This document shows positions 37,301 to 49,300 of a stretch of DNA of 64,000 nt, piece after piece (within the stretch, counting starts at the first letter, position 1; every line of letters begins with the position of its first letter). The notes beneath the pieces were generated by a model, which ran no database searches, had not been told where the DNA came from, and worked only from the letters and a program-made list of their open reading frames with translations. The stretch comes from Raillietiella orientalis (Eukaryota): NCBI GenBank assembly GCA_036172245.1, contig JAYWIR010000066.1:124001-188000 (forward strand). The letters are read 5' to 3'. The position numbers and the translations under genes were made by a program.

Positions 37301-40300
37301 CACGGCTGCCAACTCTGGCTCCAAAGTCGGAGTCAAGACGCTGCTGCGACGACCGACTCGGCGCAGGACGCTGCCGTCCAGCATCTCTCCAGCGGTTCCG
37401 GAGCGGTCGAGACGGCGTTGCTTGTCGCAATCCCCCTCGCCGATATCCTCCGTCCGAGACAGAGAGGACGTAGAAGGAACCGGAGGACTTTCGGAGATGC
37501 TATTGGACGGCCGGGAGCATCGGGCGAAGGAACGCGCTCGCTCGCCGGGACGCCGGGGAGAGGTCGCCTCCGCGCGCGCGGTTCCTCGTGGAACGCCGCG
37601 GAGGCCGTGGATGTCTCCCGGAGCCTTACCTCAGTGCCAGGGCTAGCTTGTTGTTGTCCATGACGGAGGAGTAGGCGACGTCCAGCGGCGTGGATCCCCT
37701 CAGCGACGGCCGTGACAGCAGGATGTTGCTGCACTCGAGGAGGAACGGGAGATGGTCGAACATGGCCTTCTGGTTCTGGGCCGAGGAGCGGGAGAAGTTG
37801 CAGAGGAACCGGCAGCAGCTGACCACCATCTCGTGGGACTTGTCCTGGAATGCCACCTGTCCTCCCGCGCCTGCGCCGGAAGCCGCCGGCGGCGGCGGTT
37901 CCGCCCTCACGTGCTCTTTCTCTTCTGCGGCGGCACCGCCTGCGCAGTTTAGGCTCGTCTGTGCGTCGGACTGCGCCTGCGCCCTCCTCCCCAGGGTGTT
38001 CATCATGATGGCCATGACGTCCTCGTGGATGCGCAGGATCCTTATGATGTCCGAGTGCTGGAAGAACACCTTGTTCTTGACCAGGTCCCTAGGCAGGAGG
38101 AGAAACCCGGAAGTGAGCCTCTGAAGGGCGCGGAGCGGCAGCCGGTCTTTTACCACAGATAGCCTCGCATGCGCTCCTCCTCTTCGGCGGACATCTGCAC
38201 GGGCAGCAGCGACCGGATGCGGCTCAGGCCGATGAGCAGTTCGTCGATGTCCTCCTGATGTTTCACGTCGATCACGTACGTCTTCTCTAGGGCGTCCATG
38301 AGGTCTCCCACCCCGCTGTACTGGCGCAGCAGCAGCGAGAACATGTTCCGCACTAGCGCAGTGGTCTCTATCTGGGACGTCCTCGCCCACTTGACGATCG
38401 TCTGCTGGATGGACTTCTGGAATTGCTCTTCAAGGCGAGGGTGCTCCGCACCGCTCCCATGACCAACCCCCACACCTTCCTTGTTCTCCACCTGGTCCAC
38501 CTTGTCCGCGTGGAGGGAATCGCTACGGATGATCCTCATCAGGGCGCTGAGCCCGTTCGCGACCGTGATGCCCCCGTTCTCTTCCTTCCTCTTGACCTGG
38601 AACGAAAGTCAGATGGACCCTCGGGTGGATCTCTGCCCTCTCGTGCCCCCCCCCGTTGCCGTTGCTGAAAGAAGCGCGTCGACCCTCAGGGAAGGCCAGA
38701 TCGTGCGGCGGACAACCCGTGCTGCCTCAGTACTGCGAGCTATCTGCCTCCGCTAGCAAAGTGGCCTACATGCAGACCATGCAACTGATCTGACCTGTTT
38801 TAACCTCACCTGACCTAGACTAACGCAGCACGACCCGACCTAACGCAACCTAAACCGATTTAAACTAAGCTGGCATCAATCCATCTCACCTTACCTAACT
38901 GATCTGACCTGATCTGCCGTGATTTGACCTGACCCAAACTGATCTAAACGGAACTAAACTGAGCAGACCCGACCTGACCTAACGAAGGAAGGAGTGCGAG
39001 GGAAGAGCGTTCCTGCAAAGGACGAGGTCATCGAGAATCCAAAGACTCCCTAAGAGATGGGGGCGGAGCGCGTCGCGGAGCAAATGGTGCGCGTTGTCCG
39101 GGGAGACCTTCTGGAGGTACAGGTTGGGTCACCCGCAGGGGTATGAAGTTGATGAGAGCGGATGACCGGTCGCCTTGTCTGCATCCTCCCCTCTTTGCAG
39201 CTTCGCTCACCGCTCGCAGGGGTTGCCAAACGGAGGCGGCGGACTGTAGCCCGGAAGCGGTGCTGCGCTGTGGTGATGCGCGTTCTTCCATCGCGCCTGC
39301 TGGCTCCTTCCCGCCGCGTACGCTGAGGGCGGCGGCGTCGTTTCCGCTAAGCCCTTGCGGCCGGGCTGCGGCACCAGCAGCACCGTCAGGATTTCGGATG
39401 CCCGCGTCCCGCCTCCGGCCGGCCGGCTTCCGGGACTGCACCAACCTGTTCCTCCTGTATCGTGTGGATGGCGTTGACAGTCTCCATGAAATTTTCGTGG
39501 AATCCCGAAATCACCTTTCTCAGGTCGTTGCTCAACGGGCACTTGTCCTCTGCATCTTCCATCTGCTTGAATCGGATTATGATATCCATCTGAAAAGTAG
39601 GAACGAGATTTAGAGGCTGAAATTTTGGAACGCGAAGACTCGGCTCTCCGAAGGCCGTCTTGCAGCCGCCAGCGCAGGGATTCGAAATTCGCCGGGAGCG
39701 GTCGTTCAGTTCCCTCATTCCTCAACGTGATTGCATCTCGTGGGTCGAAGTGACAGAAGACAAGAACCTGTCGCGGTCCTCTTCTTCCGAGCTCGCCCGC
39801 AGAGGGGTGTCTCCAATAGTTCCCTGGGGATCTCTCGGTACGGGATTGCATAGCACGTGTGGAGAGTTTTTTTCCCAGCCATGCTGTACAGAAGGTGCAC
39901 GGATCGTTTGCAGTGCCTCTCGAAATGAACGCGATGGGCGGGGCTCGGAGCCGAAGAGAGAACCACGTGCAGACTGAACTGCAGCCGCTGGAATGGTTCA
40001 CGGCTGCCCATGAGCTGCTTCCAGATGCCGATCGGTGCTTCTGTTCGACGGCACACACTTTGGGCACTCCCCAAAGTTCTTTCGTGTTTTCCCTGCTTGC
40101 CGGTGTCCCAGCTTCCTTCAAAACATCCTCCTCCATCCTCTTCCTCCTCCTTTCCTATTATATCTTCTTCCTTGTCCCAAACTCCTATGTTCCACCTCTC
40201 TTCCTCCACTTCCTCCTCTTTCCTCTCTTCCTCTTCCTTCTTTTTCCTCATCTTCTTCCTCCTCCTTTCTCTTCTTTCCCTTCCTTCTTCTCTCTTCCTC

Positions 40301-43300
40301 TTTCTTCCGAATCGCTCTCCCCTCCTCCTCCCGCCCGACGGGAACGAAAGTTCGTCGGGACTCTCCGCTGCCACCTGTCCTCTTGGAGACAGGGGAAGCG
40401 GGCTCCCTCGTCTTTCCCTGCTCTTCTGCGATGACCTTCCGGTTCGAGGAGTTCCCGGAGGAGGGGGACCCTCGCAGACCAGGGGGAAGGCGATGCCCTG
40501 CGCGGGGACGCGCTTGAGCGCTGCCTCAGTAGCGGCGGGAGGAATCGCAGTTCCAGGAACCTGGATGTCCACGGAAAGTCCGACGAGACATGCTCGCGCG
40601 GGCAAACCCGGACAGGCGGGAGTCGGGGAGCAGCGTCTCGGTGAGAAAGGGAGGGAGGGGCAGGAAGGCACGCGGAAACCGCGGCGTGGATAACAGGGAG
40701 GGACAATAGAGGGGTGAGGAGTCCCTGCTCCTGAATCGCATCACCCTTTCGATCTTCCGCTTCCTTGCACGAGGCCTTCTACCGAGTTCCTCCTCAGTGG
40801 AAGCCGCTGCAGGCTACCGCCAGCCTCCAGACAGGACCTTCAAGAACAGGTGGCGCCCGACTCAGGATGGAGCACGGCTCCGTCCCTCTCATCTCGGGCC
40901 GGTGGACCGGAATTCCCATGCTGCGCTCTTAGGCGGTGTACAACAAGCTGCGGGCCGTGATGAGCCGTAATGCGGAAAGGTTTTGTGTGGACTTCTTGCT
41001 CCCGTGCTGCCACAGCACCATGGTTCATCCCCTTTCCGTTGTCACGGAGACGGCGGAATGCAAGCAAAGACGGCGGGAGGTAAGGGAGGAAGGCGACCTC
41101 CACCAGTCGCCGCGTCGGCCACGGTGCGCGCGCGCGCGGACGAACGAGGGCACGTGGCAGGAGCGCGTCATCGGTACGCCTTCGCGCGGGGGCGCGTGTA
41201 TTTCTCACCCCCTAATCAGCCCTCTCGCGTAGAGAGGAAAGACCCACGAATGGGTTCCAGAGCATCCAAACGGATCGACGCCTCAGCTCTCGCGCATGCC
41301 GGGGGGCGGTTCCTCCGCGCGCTGACGCAGCTGTCTGCATCTTCCCCCCCTCCCCCTACAGCTCCCCCGCTGCGAGGGGATAAGAGGGAAGGGAAAGAAT
41401 TCCCTTCCTCCGCACGGATTCTCCGTCTTTCCTCCTACGCGCGTTCTCCGTCGAGGCCAAGGAAGGCTCCTCCCCTTCCCGCCCGCGGATGGTCGAGCGG
41501 CACCTGATGGGGGGCACCCGCCCCCGTCCGCAGGTCGCGGCCGGTCTTTCGCGAGGGAGACGCGCGGACCCACCTGCTCCTTCGGCAGGCACCGGAACTC
41601 CCTGGTCTTGCGGGCTGCGACGGAGGACGGCAGGTTCGACTGTTTGATCTCGATGTACCTTCTCAGCTGGTCCTTTTGGGGTGAGGAAAGGGGGGAGGGG
41701 GATTGGCGCTGCCGTAGGGAAGGGAGGTCCCACCTGCTGCAGCTGCGGTATGAACCCTTTCGAGAAGGCGACGATGTACTCCACCCGGTGCCGGAGGAGC
41801 AGATCCTCCAGGTGGTGCAGGAGGTTGCAGAGCTGAAATTTGCATCCCTCGGCGAGGTCCATCTGGAGGAGGCCCTTCCGGTACTCGTCCTTCCCCTCTG
41901 AGAGGCAAAGACGAAGCTTTGAGGATCGGCCGCGAGAGAGCGGGCTGCTCGCCGGCCCCGTCCGAAGCGCCGGAGGCCGGGAATCCGTCCCGGACGGGAG
42001 GCCGCTGATCCCGCGGAGAAAGAGCCTCGCTCCGCGAGAGTGGGGAAGGGCCGACCACGGGTCCTTCCCCACTCTCTGTCCCCACACGCCTAGGGGGACT
42101 CACCTTTGAGGAAGGTGGGGTCCCAGGTTTCCGGGTCGATCATGATGAGCAGCTTCATGAGGTCTTCGTCGTCGATCAGGTCCACCAGCAGCAGCTTGTC
42201 GCACAGCTTCAGCAGGGGTCTATGAGGGAGGGAAGGGGGGAGGAGGTGAGGGTGTTTCAGGTGTGGGCGGGGATGCGAGGACGGGTTGCCGGCGGGACCG
42301 AGTCGCTCGCCGCTCGACCCCGGGCGGGCATCCGGTCCAGACCCTCAGCATCCGTCGAAACGCAGGGGACGTTCCGATGGCCCTCAGTTCCACCCTCCAC
42401 CCCCACCTCCCCATTCGTACCATCCGCCGCCCCGAAGGGTCGACCCCCACGACGCGCCCCTCTCCCCGCGAGCCACGCCGGCTCCAGGAGCCAATGCCGG
42501 CGCGAAAGGGGTGCTCGCAGACGGGCGCGCATTCCGGTGAGCGGCTGCCTGCCTCCGGTGGGACGTGACGCAAGCGGCTGACCCCTTCAGCCATTCAGCG
42601 ACGGCAAAGTTACGTTGGGCCCTACGATGCACCTATCAGAGACCACATGGTGCGTGATGGAATCGCAGATAGCATGCATGCTTCGTGGGTTATGCGTTGC
42701 ATAGGGACACAGCCGTGGGAATGCGTACGTCGAGTTGCCTCGGTGTACGTACGAATGTACACGACCGTGACGATCAAAATCCCGAAGAATCGAAATCCTC
42801 ATATGCTCGCCGGACATATACGGACATGGATATTTATAAATAGATTAATATGTATTGGGAAGATTATAATAAATAAATAGATATGTATATTATATAGTAT
42901 GTCAATATATGTGCATATGCAAATTTATGTTAGCATGCATATTTATTAATATGTATTCACATGCATATTATTAATATGATTTATAGTGTTTCTTACTTAT
43001 TAATATTTATTTGTGTACGCATTAATATGTAGATCTACTAGGAAGATTATAAAAAATGAATGTTTATTATGCATGCCGATATACTTAATATGTTTATTAT
43101 AAATATTTATACATAGATTCAACATAGACATTTATTAGTATAATTAATAATGTGTGGTAATATATGTTATTGAGACATATAGTGAAGATTACGAAAAAAT
43201 ATGTAGGAAGTGAATGTGCAAATATCGAATTATAGGTTTTTATGTCCTTCAAGCGATGAAAATGACATTCGTCATTTCCTGAAGAAGTACCAATCGTTGA

Positions 43301-46300
43301 GTGTTGCAAAATTAAAATACAAAATTTCTTTTTTGCCTTTTTAATTTGCTCAAATTAATTATCAATTTCGTTTTTTGCTACTGCTTTTCATTCTTTGCTT
43401 TTCTAAATCCGATATTTATATGTGTATTATATATATACATCGGATTATAAACGTATTTATAAATATATCATGATGTAAGCATGTAAGTATAATATAATGT
43501 AAGTAATATAATTTAAGTATTTGTAAAAATACATAAATACATGTGTCGGGATTCTGATTGCCTGAAAAATGAATAATGTTTTTCGAACGAGTTATGCAAA
43601 GTTTATAATTCGACATTTACACATTCATTTCATATATATTTAATATATGTATAAATATATCTCCATATGCATAATAAACATACAATCACATAGTAATATA
43701 CAATTGCACAACCGTATATATATGTACATACGTTTATTTACATAGTAAACATATGTTTTTATGATCTTTAACGTATATTAATAATGTATCAATAAGTTTT
43801 ATTCATCATATGGATAATATATATATTAATGAATATTAGTAAGTTTGTGTGCTAAAATAATTTTGTGTATCATACCATATATACGTATGCATATATAATA
43901 TACATGCAATTTGTTTTTTTATAATCTTAATATACATTGAACCATCCATGGATTAATCTATCTATCTATGTATGCGAATATATGTAATATTCATGTTATT
44001 AATTATATTAATAATGCCCATGCTAATCAATTTTATTATATATATTAATATATCACTGTGAATGGTATGTGCATTCATAAACATTAATAAATATGTATGT
44101 TAAAATAAATTTGCAGATTTACCTAATAAAATATATGCATTAATATACATAATAAGCATATAAATTTATATGTTTTAATCTTTACAATACACATTATTCT
44201 ACACATTAATCTGCATATAAATTTATGTATCAATATATGTAATAAACATGCGCTTTCTTGTATGGGTTTCGAGCCAAACCCATACACATAGTACAAGTAC
44301 CATTTCTGAACACGAATACTCCGCGCCTGCATTGTATATGAAACATGTGTACACTCGTACAGCCGTGAATCCTCGTCACGCGTTTCAAGGAGTGCACAAC
44401 CTGCGGAGGGTCGTTAAATCTCGTGTTCAGGTACACACAGCTCGGTCGTAGCCGTCTTCTGTACACGTGGTGGTAAACGCGACGCATTCGAGGAACTGCG
44501 TGTACATGAAAAAGTACGCAAGGCGGCGCAGTCGGGTCCGTTGGCAAACGGTTCGTCCATGGAAACCACCCTGATGAGGCGGCTCCGTTCCTCTGCGGCG
44601 CCTCCGTGCTGCTACACGTCTCGGGTCGGGAGGGATTGTGCGTGGCGCCAGCGCAGGGTGGCGCAGCTGCGGTCCGACCCCTCTTCCGTGCCGTGCTGCG
44701 CAAGCGCAGCTCGGGACGGGGCGCTTTCCTCTGTGCGTGCGTGGCTGCCCGCGAAAAGACCGCTGGCGCGGTTGGTTCGAGAAGAGCCATCGACGGCCTT
44801 GCGTGCCGCTCCAGCGGCGTCCTTCGGAGCGCCTCCCTCACGGGGAAAGTCCAACCCCACCTTCGAGCGCAGGCTCAGGGATTCCGAAATAGAGCGCCCG
44901 TCGCGCCCAATGTGCGCCCTACGCTGTTAAGCAGTCCTCGTGCAGCTTTGGAGAAGACGCGGACGGGCGTGGAGCCGCGCGTGGAGGATGCAGAGCGCCA
45001 CCGAAGAACGGGGATCACGAATCGCAGCCTCGACTGAGAGGATCCGAGCTGGGCCGCAGCTCCCGGATTTTCCCGTCCGCACGCTCACAGCGCATCTTTT
45101 AGAAGCAGAGAAGTGGAGGCGCCGTGACCCGGCAGCTCTTCCCTGACGTCCCGCGACTGGAGGTCTTCAGGAGCCCGGCCGGACGCTTGCGAGTCCAAAG
45201 CGCCCACTCTGACACGCTGAGCGCGGAAAACGCCCTCGCGCCGGAAGTCCCGTCGCGCTCGCCAGGAGTTCGAACGTCCCTGCAGGGCCAAGAGAGGTCA
45301 CGAACGCAACGGTGGCAGTCACGCTGGGGTGGTCACCGCACGAATTCTTTTCGAGCGCGTCCCTTCCCCTCCGTGGTTCATTCGCGGCCAAGAGATCGCG
45401 TGGCTGCTGAGCTCGCAGGTACCGCCTTCTTCGACCTCCTTCACGCCTACGGTGGGGCGTTTCGGCTGCCAGCCATCCGAGCGCCGAAAGGGGGAGGGGG
45501 CGTGACGTCCCGGACAGGACGTGGGGATTCGGAGGGCGTGGGTCGGTGGAAGAAGTCGGTTGGCCACGCTCGCAGTTCTGCGACGAGGAAGCGCGTCCGG
45601 AAGGGATCGCGACGCGCCGGGGATCCAGCCATGCGTCGGCGTTCCCTTCCTTCCGACGGGGGGTGAGAAGGGGGCGCTGCGAGAGCGCTGTCGCTTACAC
45701 GAACAGGTTTTCGTCGGAACCTCCGATGGGGTCCCTGTTCCTGACTTGGTGGCTCCTCACCGCCTCCTCCAGAGATTCCATGACGAAGTTCTTCAGGTAG
45801 ATCAGCTCGAAGCTGGGGCTGCTCAGATTCCTCGCCTGCTGATTCGAACTGGGGGAGAAGGGGCGCATCTTTGAGCTGGAGGAGGGGAGGAACTTTACAG
45901 GAGGCCGGCCCTTACCTCGCCACTTCGCCCAGGGCCAGCTTCGGGCGGATGGACGCGGTGGCCGTGCACTGGATGGAGTTGAACATGTGAGGGTTGGCGT
46001 AGAGCTGCGTCAGCTTCTCGCTGAGAGGGATCAGGAATTCCTGTTGCGTCAGCTCCCTATTTCCGAGGAAGGAAAGGAGCGCGGTGAAGCCGACCAACCG
46101 CCCCCCGCGTACCTTATGGAGGCTTTGGCTTCCAGGTGCAGAGCCATGAGGAGATCGTAAAAGCCTCTCCTCAGCGGACCGGACATGTACTCAGACCTGA
46201 TGGCATACATCAACTGGTCGCTGTCCACGTGGGAGCACAGGAGGTGAGCCGTTCGGTAGTTGGCTTGGTAGCAGAGGGCGCAGTAGAGCGACAGCGTGTG

Positions 46301-49300
46301 TGCGTGGAAGCTGGAAGAGACAGACGTGCTTCATCCCCCCGTGGCATCTCCGGAGGTCCAAGCGGCCTCGCCAAGAGAAACCCATGGCAACGGGGGAGGA
46401 GGAACCACCAGAGGGGCTCCTGCTCGCGCACATATGCGCGCCGTGAGCACATCTCCCTGCGTGCGTGCGCAAGAGGGAAGTTTCCCGTGCTTGCGTGCTT
46501 GTGCACGAGCATGAGCGAATAAGCCTCTCGCTGGACCTCGCGCGGAATTCCGTCACATGGTGGGTTCGCACCGCTCCTTTTCATAGGAATGGTGCACCGA
46601 ATCGAATGGACGCCAACCCCGAATTCTGATTCTGTACGTTACCAATTGCAAGACCAGAGACGGTTGGTGCGTTGTGTGCCGTCGTAGGGAGCCCAGAGAT
46701 TTCAATTTTTTCACTCGACACTGCTTTCCCACGGCCCATAAGCAATGCGGACGACTTACAGCGGCCCCACTTCCAGCGACATCTTACCAGCGACCTCAGT
46801 GATTCCCGCACCTCGAGCAAGAAGATGCCCTTGACAAATGGGGGAGAGAGGCATCCCACTTCTTGTAGGTGCAGAATGGCGCTCCAGAGTGATGCTCGCG
46901 GCTGCTTCTTGAAGATACCACGATCGTTGGTACGACAAATTTGCGCACTCTGAGAGAGAGTCCCCCCTCCCCCCCTCGTTCGGCTGGCCGCCCTCACTGT
47001 TTGTCTGCGAGTTTGCCTCCGCTCTTGGATGCGCGTGGAAAAGGCAACGCCGCGGTTCGACTGACGGCCACGTGCGGCGCGTGTGCGCTGCAGGTTCCCT
47101 CGGCGACCGCCTGCCGCCGTCGCACGTCCAGCTCGACAGTGCCGCCACCCGAGGGGGAGGGCGGCTTGGTCAGAGGGAAGCCCCGAAGGGACGCAATCCG
47201 CTCCTCCCACTCTCGGGAGGATCCCCCGAAGGGTGGACTCCGTGACGCACACCGACCCTCTTTTGGCGAAGCTCCGAGGCTACTGGAACGACCCAGAGGG
47301 TCTGCCACCGATCCCGGCTAGTCAGCGGGGGCACCTGGTCTCCAAGCCAGTCATCCCGGTGCCACTCACGGAGCCCGTGGAGCCAACCAGCGTTGCCCTG
47401 ATAGGAGAAGAGGAGGGCACTCGATACCCACTGACTCTCTCACCTCCCGTTCTCGAGGTCGATCCTTCCCCGGCAGAATTCGAACCCGCGACCAGTCTGT
47501 CGCCACGCGCGCGGCAGCCGCCTTCACGAGGCTGCCACCAGAGCGGGCGGCGACCCACCTCGGTGCTCGACGGATCGCACCGGAGCAGCTGCTCCGGAGC
47601 ACCGGTGAGCTGCCGAAGGGGGTGGGGTGCGTCCCGCCAAGGGTCTCTGGCAAGCTGGGAGCAGGTCGGAGATGAGCGCGCCACTGTGGCCCATGACCGA
47701 GGGGCAGTCCGCACACTTTTCGAGGAAGCGCAAGGAGGTGACTAGCGACGGACCAGCCTTCGTCCTGCGCTCCTGACTCTGCTGGACGCTCTCTGCAGAC
47801 GGCTTGCTTCTGGATGCTTGCGCGTTCGACTTCCGATAAGAGAAGTCCGTCCCCTCCCACGTCGTGACCTCTTGGTTATCCTCTTGCACCGGGGATGCCT
47901 TCATCTCCAGCCGGACGCATGGGCTGTCGATGCAGCAGCCATTTCCGTGATGACTCGCTCTCTCACACTCTTGAATTCTTCCTCGGGGGGAAGGTGGCAG
48001 TGACCTCCCGGCCTCACCTCGATCTCCGGAGGGTATCCAGTCCGATTTCTCCTCTGTGCCTCCCCCTGCCTCCTGCTCACTCTCGGGAAACCGCAATAAA
48101 CTCTCAGGGTGGGGCTGGTGCGGCAGCAGCCAAAAGAGCAGCCCGTCTCTTGAGGTGTTGCGGATGCTGGCAGAGGTTGGACGTTCCCGTTCTTCGATTC
48201 CTTTCTTCTTCTTCCTCTTCGCTTCTTGCGCTACAAGGGTTCGGTTCAAGCGATCATCCGAAAGGTCTGAGAAGGCGATCGGGAGCAGGGATCACTGCTG
48301 CCGGACCCGAAGATCGTCGGGAGCTCCGCAAATCCACGAAGACACCCTCGACAGAAGCGGGAAAGCGGCGGAGATTTCCTCGGAAACACCCGGTGTTCGT
48401 GCGCGAAGTCGCCGCTCTCCAGGTGCGTCTCGGCGGGCAGAGGCCCGGACGCCTACTGGTGCTGCCATCTTCCCGTGGTCTATCGAAACAGAGGCTCTCC
48501 CCACCGACCGTCTTCCTTCCTTACTTCCCCTGATTTACCGTCTTCCCCCGTCGCTCCTGCAGATCGAGCTTCTAGTGTTGGAGCCACCTTGATACGTGCG
48601 GCTTCTCGGAGTTCCCATATTGCTCCTCTGACTCTGGGCCCGCGCCAAGACCAGCACTGACGCGGGCTCTCCGCCCATTCCTGACGGAGACAACGAAGGA
48701 TCCAGCAGCTTGCAGGAGTCCGCGAGCACAAGGACATGACCTCTGACCTATAGCTCCCTGGATCCTTCAGCGGACTGTCTCCGGCGATCACCCGGAGGGT
48801 GTGCCCCCCACCGCATGCGCCGCTCTGGCAAACAGGCGCGCTAGCGGCCGCGTCTCCGGCGGGGGAGCGAACCCGGACGCAGTCCATCGGTCCGCTCGGC
48901 AGTCCATCGGTCACCTCCTTCGGCGCCCCAGAGGGCATGGGCACCCTAGAAGACGCTGACCTGACTCCTGATTTCTCGTCCATGGCAGCGGGACTGAGGG
49001 AAAACGGGAATGCCGTGCTGCCCCTGCCGCCCTTCCCACAGCTCTCGAGACCCGCATCCACCACCAACGCCACCGTGAGCCACGAGATCATCGGCCCTCC
49101 TCCGGCATCGGCGATCGCCACCACCACCGTCCTTGGGCGCCACTCTGGTCTAGTTTCCGCTGCTCCTCGGCAATTCCGTCTCAGGAGCTCTCCGGATGCC
49201 TTCCGGCTGGCAACCCGGGTGTCCTGGGCTGTCCTGGGTGTCGAGCGGCCGCCAGATTCCCTCCAAAGAAGAGAGCGAACAGCTGCGTCTTTCCCGAGCG

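Noticed and set aside
39715..40693. E/K/R-rich and hydrophobic ORFs
   Set aside because: Artefacts of the polypyrimidine tract.
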